A DNA stretch of 56,759 nucleotides from an uncultured Chloroflexia bacterium (GTDB lineage: Bacteria; Chloroflexota; Limnocylindria; Limnocylindrales; CSP1-4): NCBI GenBank assembly GCA_963766735.1, contig CAVYBU010000018.1, positions 1 through 56,759 on the forward strand, written 5' to 3'. A model generated the notes under the pieces. That model searched no databases and was not told the origin of the DNA. It saw nothing but the letters and a program-made list of their open reading frames with translations. Positions 9,201 to 18,229 of this stretch are shown here, in pieces; the first letter of the stretch is position 1; each line of letters begins with the position of its first letter. Position numbers and translations under genes: made by a program.

Positions 9201-9946
9201 CCCAGGGCAGCCATCCGCCGGGGGCCGAGCGGAGCGCGCTCGGCCACATCCTGGGCGACCGGGCCACGATCGAGCCGTCCGAGGGCCTGTTCCTGGGCGA
9301 GACGTGGCGGCTCCACCCGGACATCTGCGACTTCACCTCGGCCGCGTTCTACGAGGACCGGCTCCGGCCGGTCCCGGGGCTGGAGCGGCAGCGCGTCGAC
9401 CCGTCCGCACGGGGCGACGCCGGGGCCCCGCTCGGCGGGACGGGAATGCGGCACGTCCCCGTCGAGCATGAGGGCAACGCCACGGAATCGGTCGAGGAGG
9501 CGGCGGTCGTGGTGGACCTGGTCCGGGAGCTGCTGGACGGGGGCGCGACGTGGACGGACCGCCACGGGGACGAGCGACCGATGACGCTCCATGACATCGT
9601 CATCGTCGCCCCATACAACGCGCACGTCGCTGCCATCGAGAAGGCGTTCGCCGCCGCCGGCATGCGGGACCCGTTCGTCGGGACCGTGGACAAGTTCCAG
9701 GGCCAGGAGCGCCCGGTCAGCATCTACGCGATGGGCACCTCCTCGCCCGAGGACGCGCCGCGGGGCATCGAGTTCCTGTACTCGCTCAACCGCCTCAACG
9801 TGGCCACATCGCGGGCCCGTTGCGTCACGGCGGTGGTCTGCTCGCCCGCCCTGCTGCGGGTCGGCTGCCGGACGCCCCGCCAGATGCAGCTGGCGAACGG
9901 CCTGTGCCTGGCGGTCGAGGCGGCGGAGGCAGCGGGGAGGGCCTGA
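6254..9946 (+). CDS. TM0106-family RecB/Cas4-like nuclease + RNase H-like domain + SF1 helicase
   Basis: FLACGH and HCAVCRWSPQC Cys cluster; GHADFL...EVADTK nuclease; LFLDLEGDP...YHYAAYE...YNRDD; QGPPGSGKT, VDEAGQ, GDPQQL, TVDKFQGQE, NRLNVATSRA. Confidence 0.92.
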   Translation: MQLIDGRPVFAATDLVGFLACGHRLALERAAMHGLVAKPVRNDPSIDLIAKRGLEHERRYLDDLRVEGRTVVEIAKDGSEVAPPGAPEAEPVPWDPGRDLRAAAAETLQAMQGGADVIYQATFFDGTWRGHADFLLRRDHEPGEVDSAFGPWHYEVADTKLARHVKASAILQICSYVEQLTVIQGRQPEFLYVVLGGSARPTDRRRVDDFMAYYRRVKREFEQEVGIRGDGGAEVVYPPADSYPEPVEHCAVCRWSPQCRARRRADDDLSLVAGAASRQRSALKARGVGTRRGLAGLELPMAPALENVGKEALTRVREQARIQAQSEDAGRILWELLPLDRGEDGEPIPLRGFLGLPEPSEGDLFLDLEGDPFALDDGVDYLFGLLEPRLPEDDARWADPSGAPTPRFHAIWSLDGDGRVTWASEKAAFEATVDLIMDRWARDPDMHVYHYAAYERTALGRLAQRHGTREEEVDRLLRGEVLVDLYRVVRQGLRAGVESYSIKRIEPLYALTREQDLKDAGSSIVAFEEWLELGADTPVEDAAKILDGIAAYNRDDVVSNWRLRDWLEERRRDLEEREGRTLPRPTVDDGAASQELTEREQRVAELMERLTEGAPADPSDRAKDPDAAGRWLLAQLLAWHRREDKSAWWRFFELLRMTDEELLEEREPLAGLVPIGEPRVEKKSLVYTFSFPPQDHRVDVDSDVADPVTREGAGAVVSVDEVNRRIEIKRGPKLAGTPLPTALVPNGVIPTTELAESLLRTGELVAESGLSGGSAPPGVPDLGAARALLLRTPPGDVPDDALVRPGEAPLAAAVRLAPDLAGRVLPIQGPPGSGKTYTGAHMIVRLAMAGQRVGVVANSHKVIGNLLRMVDDVARAQLKSGEISRLPRIGQKPKTNQQPTFAGAAPLPDNAAVAQALHSGSCEVVGAVAWTWCRSEMALPEPVLDVLFVDEAGQLSLANVLACAPAARAIVLLGDPQQLDQPTQGSHPPGAERSALGHILGDRATIEPSEGLFLGETWRLHPDICDFTSAAFYEDRLRPVPGLERQRVDPSARGDAGAPLGGTGMRHVPVEHEGNATESVEEAAVVVDLVRELLDGGATWTDRHGDERPMTLHDIVIVAPYNAHVAAIEKAFAAAGMRDPFVGTVDKFQGQERPVSIYAMGTSSPEDAPRGIEFLYSLNRLNVATSRARCVTAVVCSPALLRVGCRTPRQMQLANGLCLAVEAAEAAGRA

Positions 9947-10002
9947 GCCGCGGTCAGGATGGGCGTCCGCGGACAGGCGGCGTGACATATCGTGGCTGGC
10001 GC

Positions 10003-11296
10003 ATGACCGCCGCACCCCTCTCGCCCGCCGCCCTCGAGGCCGCCCGTCGCCGATCCCGCAACACCCTCATCGCCGGGGTCGCGCTGGGGAGCACCGGGCA
10101 TATCGCCGCGGTGACGGTCGCGACGATCGTCGCCAAGGACCTGCTGGGAACCCAAACGTGGGCGGGCCTGCCGGGAGCCACCGTCGTTCTCGGGGCCGCC
10201 CTCGGCGCGGTGCTGCTGTCCGCGCTCATGGCCCGGAAGGGCCGTCGGTTCGGCCTCGTCACCGGCTACTCAGTGGGCGTCCTCGGCGCCCTGATTGCCA
10301 CCGCCGCCGTCATGACGCGCTCGTTCCCGCTCCTCCTGATCGGCACGGTGCTGATCGGCTTCGGCAACACCAGCAACCAGCTCTCGCGGTACACGGCCGC
10401 GGACATGGCCCCGCCCGAGAGACGTGCCTCCGCCATCGGCATCGTGGTGTGGGCGGCGACGATCGGCTCGGTCGTCGGGCCGTGGCTCGTCCCGATCGCC
10501 TCGGGCATGGCCGCGGATGCCGGGCTGCCGCCGCTCGCCGGTCCCTACCTCGTGCCGGTGGTGTTCGTCGGCCTGGCTGCCCTGCTCTCATTCGTCATGC
10601 TCCGCCCGGACCCGTACGACCTCGCCGACGAGTCCACCCGCGCCCACCCGGAGGCTGAGCCCGCGGTCATCCGCCCCGTCCGGGAGATCATCCGCCGGCC
10701 GGCCGTCGCGGCGGCGATCGTCGCGCTTGTCGTCAGCCAGTTCGTGATGGTCCTGATCATGACCATGACACCCCTCCATATGACCGAGCACGGCCACGAC
10801 CTGGGTGCCGTGGGCATCGTCCTGTCCGGGCACACGCTCGGGATGTTCGCGTTCTCGCCGCTATCGGGCTGGCTGTCGGACCGGTTCGGGCGAGTGCCGA
10901 CGATCTTCCTCGGCACTGCCGTGCTGGCGATCTCCTCCGTGATGGCCGCGGTCGCCCCGCCCGACGGCGGGTTCGTGCTGTTCCTGGCGCTGTTCCTGCT
11001 GGGCCTCGGCTGGAGCTTCGGCTTCGTGGCCGGCAGCGCGATGCTCTCGGAGAACCTCGAGATCCACGAGCGGACGAAGGTCCAGGGTGCCGCTGACGCG
11101 CTGATCTGGTCGTCGGCCGCCGCCGCGGCCCTGGGTTCCGGGTTGATCATGGCCGCCGTGGGCTACACCGCCCTCGGGGATCCTGGGCGCCGGTGCGGTG
11201 ATCATCCCGGTCGTCGTGCTGCGCTCACACGGGCGGTCCACCGCCCGCGCTGCAGCCGCGGCAGCAGAGGTCATCCCGGAGGTCCCGCCCCTCTAG
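10003..11296 (+). CDS. MFS transporter, frameshift in a G-run near 11178
   Basis: multiple TM helices, GWLSDRFGR; removing one G gives ALGILGAGAVII...PPL*. Confidence 0.85.
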
Positions 11297-11321
11297 GCGG
11301 CAGGCAGAGAGACAGCCCGAC

Positions 11322-11937
11322 ATGGCAGATCGCAGGCGTGGGATCCCGACCCCGCTGACGACCTCGGAGGTCGACCCACTGACGTGGGACCCGGACACGG
11401 TCTCAGGGTCGCACCATGACGCCGTCCTGTTTGCAGAGGTGGACTTCGCGGAGATCGAGGTCAAGGGCGCGTCGTTCAACGACTGCACCTTCCGCGGCAT
11501 CCGGTTCAACGCCTCGACCCACGAGGATGCCGCCTTCACGAACTGCACGTTCGTGGGCTGCAGCTTCTTCGACGTCAGCCTCACCCGGTGCAAGCTCGTC
11601 GGCAGCGTGTTCGACCGGTGCACGTTCGACCTGATGAGGGTCGAGGGCGGCGACTGGTCGCTGGTCGGCCTGCCGGGGGCGGACCTGCGCAGGGCCACGT
11701 TCCGGGGCGTCCGGCTGCGCGAGGCGGACCTCAGCGGAGTTCAGTTCGACGGGGCGTCCGTCAGGGATACGGACCTGTCGGGGACCCTGATGCGCGGGGC
11801 GTCGTTCCGAGGGCACGGACCTGCGGGGCAGCGACCTGTCGTCGCTCGACGTGCTGCAGAACGACGTCAGGGATGCCCTCATCGACGTCGAGCAGGCGAT
11901 GGTGCTCGTGACGACGATGGGCCTGCGGATCGGCTAG
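11322..11937 (+). CDS. pentapeptide repeat protein (MfpA/Qnr-like fold), frameshift near 11808
   Basis: ASFNDCTFRG/ADLRRATFRG repeats; corrected tail ASFEGTDLRGSDLSSLD...MGLRIG*. Confidence 0.85.
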
Positions 11938-12470
11938 GAACCGGTCTCGCCGGCCCTTCGCGCTGGCTCGCCGGCCCTTCGCGCGCTTGGGTCGAGGCGC
12001 CAGATGCGCTCGCCGTCCTCGACCTCATCGGTCGCCACCAGGCCGGCCCGCTCGGCGACCCGCGCCGAGGCGACGTGGTCGGGGTGGACGTGGGCGGTGA
12101 TCGTGGTCAGGCCGTGCGTCCCCAGCCACGCGACGATTGCCCGCGCAGCCTCCGTCGCGAACCCGCGACCCTGCCACGGCAGGCCGATGACCCAGGCGAT
12201 GTCCGCATCGTCGCCGCCACCCGTGATCGTGGACTGGACGAACCCCACCGCCTCGTCCGGATCGTGCGTGCGAACGATCCAGTTGCGCCACGCTTCCCGG
12301 CCGTCCGGCGACCATCCGATAGCCTGGCGCCGGTACCGGTCTCGAAGGTCATTGACCGACGGCGGACAACCCCCCGTGAAGGTGTACAGCCCCGGATCGC
12401 CAAGCACGTGGACCATCTCGGCGGCGTCCTTGATCCGCAACGGAACGAGGCGCAGGCGGGCGGTGGCCAG
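11934..12470 (-). CDS. RimJ/RimL-type GNAT acetyltransferase (start uncertain: CTG 12470 or TTG 12440)
   Basis: LATARLRLVPL, WQGRGFATEAA, HPDHVASARVAERAG; GGAGG 7 nt before CTG 12470. Confidence 0.8.
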   Translation of the reverse strand: MATARLRLVPLRIKDAAEMVHVLGDPGLYTFTGGCPPSVNDLRDRYRRQAIGWSPDGREAWRNWIVRTHDPDEAVGFVQSTITGGGDDADIAWVIGLPWQGRGFATEAARAIVAWLGTHGLTTITAHVHPDHVASARVAERAGLVATDEVEDGERIWRLDPSARRAGEPARRAGETGS

Positions 12471-12507
12471 GACCTCGCCTCCCGGGGCAGCGCCGCCTCG
12501 CGAGCGC

Positions 12508-13794
12508 TCAGGCGTGACCCGCCCCCAGCTCCTCCGCGACCCAGGCGGCCAGCACCCGGGCGCAGGCCTCCACCTCGGCCAGCGGCACGGACTCGTTGGC
12601 GCCGTGGGCCAGCCGCACGTCGCCCGGCCCGAAGATCACGCACGGCGTGTCGCCCTCGTTGACGAACAGCCGCATGTCCGCGCCGTACGGCACGCCGAGC
12701 GCCTGTGGGCGACGCCCCGTGACGGCCTTGATCGTGGCGATCAACCCGGCCGGCAGGGGATGATCGGCGGCGACACGAGCCGAGCCGAACCGGCCCCCGG
12801 TGATCTCGACGGTGGCCGGGTTGGCGGCGAGGAACGAGTCATCGGCACAGGCCGCCCGGATGCACGCGCGGAGCTCGTCGGCCGCCGCCTCCGGCGTCTG
12901 ACCCAGACGCACGCCGTACCGCCCCTCCGCCACCACGCGATCCATCACCGAGGACGCCCACTCCCCGCCCGCCACCTTGCCGACGATCGTCGGGTAGGGC
13001 AGGCCCAGCGCCGTCATCAACGGCTCGGTCTCATCGTGGTTCCGGCGCGTCTCGTCGGCCGCGAGCGCCCGCACGAGCGTCTGCAGGTTGTCGAGCGCGG
13101 ACACACCCTCCGTACGCCGGCTGGCGTGCGCGGCCCTGCCCGGGACCGTGAGCCGGAACGTGATCGCGCCCGCATGGGCGACGACGACGTCCAGCGAGGA
13201 CGGCTCCGGAATGACGCACAGGTCCCCGGTGACGCCGGCCCGGATCGCGGCGAGGGTCCCCTGGCCGCCGTCCTCCTCGCTGGGCACGAGGGCCACGATC
13301 AGCTCGCCCTTGAGCGAGTCCAGCGCCCCTGTGACCTGGAGCGCCCGAACCGCGCCGAAGATGGCCGCGATCCCGCCCTTCATGTCGCAGGAGCCGCGCC
13401 CGTACAGGCGGCCCTCCCGGATCTCACCGCCGAACGCATCACCGATCCAGGTCGCGGGATCGCCGATCGGGACGACGTCGACGTGGCCCGACAGCACGAG
13501 GCGGAAGGCCCCGGGCCGGCCCGCCCGCCCGATCACGATCGGGAGCTCGGTCCGCGCGACCTCCTCGCCCGGCCAATGCGGGTCCTGGCGGATCGCCGCC
13601 GGGTCGGGATGGAAGATCTCGACCGTCATCCCGAGCGCCTCGAGCCAGTCTGCGAGGCTGGCCTGGATCGCAGCCTCGTCACCGGTCACAGATCGCATCC
13701 GGACAAGCTCGGTGAGGTCGGCGGCGACCAGGTGCGCGTTGACGGCGTCGGCCGCGGCCTTCGCGGCAGCCGAGAGGCGGGGTCGCGGGGTCAT
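12508..13794 (-). CDS. ArgE/DapE-family M20 deacylase
   Basis: SGHVDVVP, GRGSCDMKGG, EEDGG, IPEP, FGPG...AHGANE. Confidence 0.9.
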   Translation of the reverse strand: MTPRPRLSAAAKAAADAVNAHLVAADLTELVRMRSVTGDEAAIQASLADWLEALGMTVEIFHPDPAAIRQDPHWPGEEVARTELPIVIGRAGRPGAFRLVLSGHVDVVPIGDPATWIGDAFGGEIREGRLYGRGSCDMKGGIAAIFGAVRALQVTGALDSLKGELIVALVPSEEDGGQGTLAAIRAGVTGDLCVIPEPSSLDVVVAHAGAITFRLTVPGRAAHASRRTEGVSALDNLQTLVRALAADETRRNHDETEPLMTALGLPYPTIVGKVAGGEWASSVMDRVVAEGRYGVRLGQTPEAAADELRACIRAACADDSFLAANPATVEITGGRFGSARVAADHPLPAGLIATIKAVTGRRPQALGVPYGADMRLFVNEGDTPCVIFGPGDVRLAHGANESVPLAEVEACARVLAAWVAEELGAGHA

Positions 13795-14660
13795 GCCCGC
13801 AGCACCGGGCGGGTCAGACAGGTGACCCCGCCCGAACCGTTCTCGCCCACCTCATGGAGCGGGATCGCGTGGACCTCGCAGCCGGCAGCCTCGAGCCGGC
13901 GGCGCGTGACGTCGTTCCCCTCCGCCGTGACCACCACCCCCGGTCGAACCGCCAGCACGTTGCAGCCGAGCGTCGAGTACTCCTCCTCCGGGACCTCCAC
14001 CAGGCGGATCCCGAGGTCCGCGAGAAGCTCGTACAGGCCAGCCGGAAGCAGCGGCAGGAACACCACGGCCACGTCGTCCGCCACCGGCGAGATCACCGAC
14101 AGCAGGTGCACGAGATCCGCGGGACCCTTCCAGTACGGGACGTCGAAGATGCGCGCCTCGCCACCGGCGATGGCTGCCAGCTGCCTCGCGCCGGATTCGT
14201 TCGTCCGCAGGCTGCGACCGATGCACAGCAGGTCCGGCCGGAGCCAGAACGTGTCGCCGCCCTCGAGCGTGCCGGGTGCCTCGATGCGCCCGAGCGTGGG
14301 GATTCCGCGCGCCCGAGTCCATGCCTCGAGGACCGCGGGCTCACCCTCACGGTTGGGCTTGCCGGGGCGGAGAGGGATGGCGCCACCGTCCGCGATGAGC
14401 ATGGGGTCGAAGACGTAGACGAGATCGGGGTCATCGGTCTCCGCGTCCAGCACGTGGACCGTGGAGCCGAGCCGCGCCAGGGTCTCCACCAGGCCGTCGT
14501 GCTCGCGGCGGGCGGCGTCGAGGTTCACGGGCCGGAGGAAGCCAACGGCCGGGTCCTCGAAGGCCCGCGAGAAGGCCGCGCCGGGTGCCTTCACCAGGAC
14601 CTCCCGAAGCGGCGCCGTCATGCTCTGGGCGCCCCAGGCGCGTTCGATCGTCTGTGTCAC
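13791..14660 (-). CDS. amidinotransferase / dimethylarginine dimethylaminohydrolase-family protein
   Basis: DLVYVFD, LEGGD, RTN, His in LVHL, C-terminal GGVTCLT catalytic Cys. Confidence 0.88.
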   Translation of the reverse strand: MTQTIERAWGAQSMTAPLREVLVKAPGAAFSRAFEDPAVGFLRPVNLDAARREHDGLVETLARLGSTVHVLDAETDDPDLVYVFDPMLIADGGAIPLRPGKPNREGEPAVLEAWTRARGIPTLGRIEAPGTLEGGDTFWLRPDLLCIGRSLRTNESGARQLAAIAGGEARIFDVPYWKGPADLVHLLSVISPVADDVAVVFLPLLPAGLYELLADLGIRLVEVPEEEYSTLGCNVLAVRPGVVVTAEGNDVTRRRLEAAGCEVHAIPLHEVGENGSGGVTCLTRPVLRA

Positions 14661-14735
14661 CCCGCGAGGATACCGGCCCGGGGCAGCCCGATGAGGCGTC
14701 TCGCGACCAACACGTGGGGCGTCGGGCCCGAGGGG

Positions 14736-15995
14736 TCAGGCCCCCGCGATCTCCCGCAGCTCGGCGAGCAGCCGGTCCACCTCGGCGGCGGTGTTGTAGT
14801 GGGTCAGGCCGATCCGGAGCACGCCCTCGGGCGCCAGACCCAGGCGCTCGATGAGGCCCATCGCGTAGAAGTCGCCCCACCAGGTGGCGATGCCGCGATC
14901 CCCCAGGATCGTGGATGCCGTCTCGGGCGTGACGCCCGCGATCGTCACGGCGGCGGTCGGCGTGCGATCGGCAAGTCGTGAGCGGTCCGTGATGCCCCAG
15001 ACCTTCACCCCGGGGATCGCCTCGAGGCCGTCCAGCAGGCGCCCGAACAACGGCATCTCGTAGGCGCGGATCGCGGCCATTCCCGCGTGCGCCTCCAGGC
15101 TTCGGCCGGTCATGCCCGGGAACCCCGCTCCGAACGGAACCCCGAACAGGCGCCCGATCTCGGCGATGTACTCGACCGCCGCGCGCGCACCGGCGATCCC
15201 CTCGAAGTTGCCCGTGCCCGTCTCGAACCGGTCCACCGCCGGCCGCAGCTTGTAGGTCGGGAGCGAGTCCAGCACGTCACGCCGCCCGTAGAGCACGCCA
15301 GCGTGCGGGCCGAAGAACTTGTACGACGAGCAGGCGAGGAAGTCCGTCCCGATCGCCTGGACGTCGATCGGCAGGTGGGGCGCCGCATGGACGGCATCCA
15401 CGTAGGTCAGGGCGCCGGCCTCGTGGGCGCGGCGGACCAGCTCCCCGACCGGGTTGATCGTGCCCACCGCGTTGGAGGCCCAGCCGAACGCGACCAGCTT
15501 CGGGCGCCCGTGGAGGAGGGTGTCGAAGTGCTCGATGTCGAGCGTCACGTCGTCCGGCCGGATGTCCACCGTCCGGACCGTGATGCCTCGATCCGCGGCG
15601 GCGCCATTCCACGGTCCCACGTTCGCCTCGTGGTCCAGGCCGCTCACGACGATCTCGTCGCCCGGCGCCATGGTTGCGGTGATCGACCGTGCCATGTGCA
15701 TGGTCAGCGTCGTCATGTTCGCGCCGAACTTGATCTCGGACGGGTCGGCGGCATTGAGGAAGTCCGCGAGCGCCTGGTGGGCATCGTCCACCACCTCGTC
15801 GCTGCGACGCGAGGTCAGGAACGTCCCTTCGTGGTTTGCGTTCGACTCACGGTAGTAGCGCGAGACGGCCTCGATCACCGTGTCCGGCACCTGCGTGCCT
15901 CCCGGGCCGTCGAACAGCGCGACGGGACGGCCGTCCTGCTCGATGGACAGGGCCGGGAAGCGGGCGCGCAGCGCCTCGACGTCGAACTCGGGCAT
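14736..15995 (-). CDS. cysteine desulfurase-like class V aminotransferase
   Basis: FDGPGGTQVP, DHEAN, YVDAVH, CSSYKFFGPH, FETGT. Confidence 0.9.
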   Translation of the reverse strand: MPEFDVEALRARFPALSIEQDGRPVALFDGPGGTQVPDTVIEAVSRYYRESNANHEGTFLTSRRSDEVVDDAHQALADFLNAADPSEIKFGANMTTLTMHMARSITATMAPGDEIVVSGLDHEANVGPWNGAAADRGITVRTVDIRPDDVTLDIEHFDTLLHGRPKLVAFGWASNAVGTINPVGELVRRAHEAGALTYVDAVHAAPHLPIDVQAIGTDFLACSSYKFFGPHAGVLYGRRDVLDSLPTYKLRPAVDRFETGTGNFEGIAGARAAVEYIAEIGRLFGVPFGAGFPGMTGRSLEAHAGMAAIRAYEMPLFGRLLDGLEAIPGVKVWGITDRSRLADRTPTAAVTIAGVTPETASTILGDRGIATWWGDFYAMGLIERLGLAPEGVLRIGLTHYNTAAEVDRLLAELREIAGA

Positions 15996-16164
15996 CGGGA
16001 TCCTCACGGTGCGTACGGGATGACGATGCTAGCGCGTGCGCGACGGCGGAGGGGCGACTCGGGCGGCGAACGGAACGGACCCGGGACAGCTGCACGCTCC
16101 GGCAGAGGACATCCCTGCCGAAGCGTGCCGCGTGCGATGGACCGCGTCGAGCGCGGCGGGGCGG

Positions 16165-16737
16165 TCAGGCTGCGGCTCGGGCCATCTCGGTCCCGGTGCC
16201 GGCGACAGCGACCTCCTGGACGGCGAGGTCGATCTCGAGCTTGATCTCCCTGCTCACCAGCCAGCCGCCCGCCTCGAGGCCGACATTCCAGGTCAGGCCC
16301 CAGTCCTCACGGTCAAGCTTCGCGGTCGCATGGAAGCCGGCGCGACGGGCGCCATCCATGGCGGTGAACAGGCCGAGGAACTCGGTGTCGAGCGTGACCG
16401 GCCGGGTGGTTCCTCTTATCGTCAGGTCACCGGTGACGGCGTAGTCGTCGCCGCCCTTGGGCACGACCGCGGTGGCGACGAAGGTGATCTCCGGGTGGTT
16501 CTCGACGTCGAAGAAATCCGCCGAGCGGAGGTGGCCGTCGCGCTGATCGACGCCCGTGTTGAGCGAGGCGGCGGCGATCGTGAAGGAGCCGGTCGAGGCG
16601 GTCGGGTTCTCGGGGTCCAGCTTGACGCTGCCTGACACCGTGCCGAACTTGCCGCGAACCGTGGTCACCATCATGTGCTTCGCGGCAAAGATGACGTCAG
16701 TGTGGGTCGGGTCGAGGTTCCAGGTCGTGGTGGCCAT
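16165..16737 (-). CDS. YceI-family lipid/polyisoprenoid-binding protein
   Basis: WNLDPTHT, RDGHLRSADFFD, GDLTIRG; GGAGG SD. Confidence 0.92.
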   Translation of the reverse strand: MATTTWNLDPTHTDVIFAAKHMMVTTVRGKFGTVSGSVKLDPENPTASTGSFTIAAASLNTGVDQRDGHLRSADFFDVENHPEITFVATAVVPKGGDDYAVTGDLTIRGTTRPVTLDTEFLGLFTAMDGARRAGFHATAKLDREDWGLTWNVGLEAGGWLVSREIKLEIDLAVQEVAVAGTGTEMARAAA

Positions 16738-16802
16738 TGGTGGTGCGTGCCTCCGGGAAGTCGCGGCGTCCGCCGGGCATTCGACCGGGCCTCCGCCGTT
16801 TG

Positions 16803-16847
16803 TAGTTGACTCTGCAACTATATCAGCGATCGTTGCCTTGTCAACTA
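16803..16847. promoter_or_regulatory. two MarR-type palindromic operators between yceI and marR
   Basis: TAGTTG-N6-CAACTA (16803-16820) and GTTG-N6-CAAC (16832-16845). Confidence 0.7.
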
Positions 16848-16874
16848 GTCCGCCGTCGGAGTAGGATAGGCGCC

Positions 16875-17426
16875 ATGACAACCGAGCTCGCCCCTGAAGC
16901 GTCGGCGGGCCGCCGCGACGCGACGGCTGCGCGCGCCCCGATCTCCCCCGCCGACCCGCGGCTTGGTGCCTGGAGAGCCCTCATCCAGGCGCACGCGCGC
17001 CTGTTCCGGCGGCTGGACGAGGAGCTGGAGTCCGCCCACGGCGTCTCGCTGGCGGAGTACGACGCGCTGCTTCAGCTCGCCAATGCCCCCGGCCGCCGCC
17101 TGCGAATGAGCGTCCTCGCAGAGCGGACCCTGCTCTCGCGGAGCGGCATCACGCGCCTCGTGGACCGCCTCGTGGCCAACGGCGCGGTCGAGCGGTCGGC
17201 CTGCCCGACGGACGCGCGTGGCGCGGAGGCTGTGCTGACCAGCGACGGCATGGACCGTCTCCGAACCGCCTCGGCGACCCATCTCGACGGCGTCGCCCGT
17301 TACTTCCTCGAGGTCGTCAGCGCCGAGGATCGAGCGGCAATCGAGCGCGGCATGGGAGCGGTGGTGACCGCGGTCGAGGACGCCGGGGCGAGCGCGTCCG
17401 TCTGCTCCGTGCCGGGCGAGGCCTGA
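16875..17426 (+). CDS. MarR-family transcriptional regulator
   Basis: LAEYDALLQL...RLRMSVLA...LSRSGITRLVDRL...DARG. Confidence 0.92.
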   Translation: MTTELAPEASAGRRDATAARAPISPADPRLGAWRALIQAHARLFRRLDEELESAHGVSLAEYDALLQLANAPGRRLRMSVLAERTLLSRSGITRLVDRLVANGAVERSACPTDARGAEAVLTSDGMDRLRTASATHLDGVARYFLEVVSAEDRAAIERGMGAVVTAVEDAGASASVCSVPGEA

Positions 17427-18175
17427 CGATCGACGCCCACCGCCCGCGCGGGCGGGTACTGGCGGGCACCAGCGGGTTCTCCTACGCGGGCTGGGCGCCG
17501 CGGTTCTACCCGTCCGGGACGCGAGATCGGGAGCGGCTCCCCCACTACGCGTCGCGCCTGCCCGCCTGCGAGCTGAACAACACCTTCTACGCGCGACCGA
17601 GCGCCGAGCGGATCCGCGCCTGGTGCGACGCGGTGCCGGCGTCCTTCCGGTTCGTCGTCAAGGCGCAGCGCGGCGCGAGCGTGCGGGCGCTGCACGGCGA
17701 CCCCCGCGAGTCCGTTCCCTGGCTCACCGAGTCGCTACCGGAGTTCGGGGAGCGCCTGGGCGCGGTGCTGTTCCGGATCGCGGGCGAGGTGGCCCGGAAC
17801 GACGACCGCCTGGGAGCCATGCTCGCAGCCTGGCCGCGCTCGATCCCGCTGGTGCTCGAGGCACAGCACGCCTCGTGGCAGGCGGACGAGACGTTCGCCG
17901 CGCTCCGGGCCGCCGGGGCCGTCCTGTGCGCCACCGATCTCGACGAGCAGCGAGAGGTGCCGGACATCCGGCGGACCGGACCGTTCCTGTACCTGCGGCT
18001 GCGGCGGACGGCCTACGACGATGCGGAGCTCGATGCCTGGGCGCGACGCCTGGTCCCGTTCCTCGACGATGGCCTGGACGCCTACGTCCTGTTCCGCCAC
18101 GACGATGACGGCACGAGCGCCGTCCACGCGGAGGGGTTCGCCGCCCGGGTCGACCGCGTGCGCGCCTCTGGCTGA
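17423..18175 (+). CDS. DUF72 (YecE-like) protein, inferred CTG start
   Basis: in-frame GTSGFSY...FYP, ELNNTFY upstream of listed start 17633; YLRLR; CTG overlaps the marR TGA. Confidence 0.85.
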   Translation: MTIDAHRPRGRVLAGTSGFSYAGWAPRFYPSGTRDRERLPHYASRLPACELNNTFYARPSAERIRAWCDAVPASFRFVVKAQRGASVRALHGDPRESVPWLTESLPEFGERLGAVLFRIAGEVARNDDRLGAMLAAWPRSIPLVLEAQHASWQADETFAALRAAGAVLCATDLDEQREVPDIRRTGPFLYLRLRRTAYDDAELDAWARRLVPFLDDGLDAYVLFRHDDDGTSAVHAEGFAARVDRVRASG

Positions 18176-18229
18176 GGATGGCGGCTCCACGCTCGAAGTG
18201 GCGGGACGCGCGCTACCCTGTCGGAACCG

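Noticed and set aside
11322-11937. Bona fide qnr/mfpA resistance gene
   Set aside because: The pentapeptide-repeat fold alone does not establish quinolone resistance, so no symbol was assigned.
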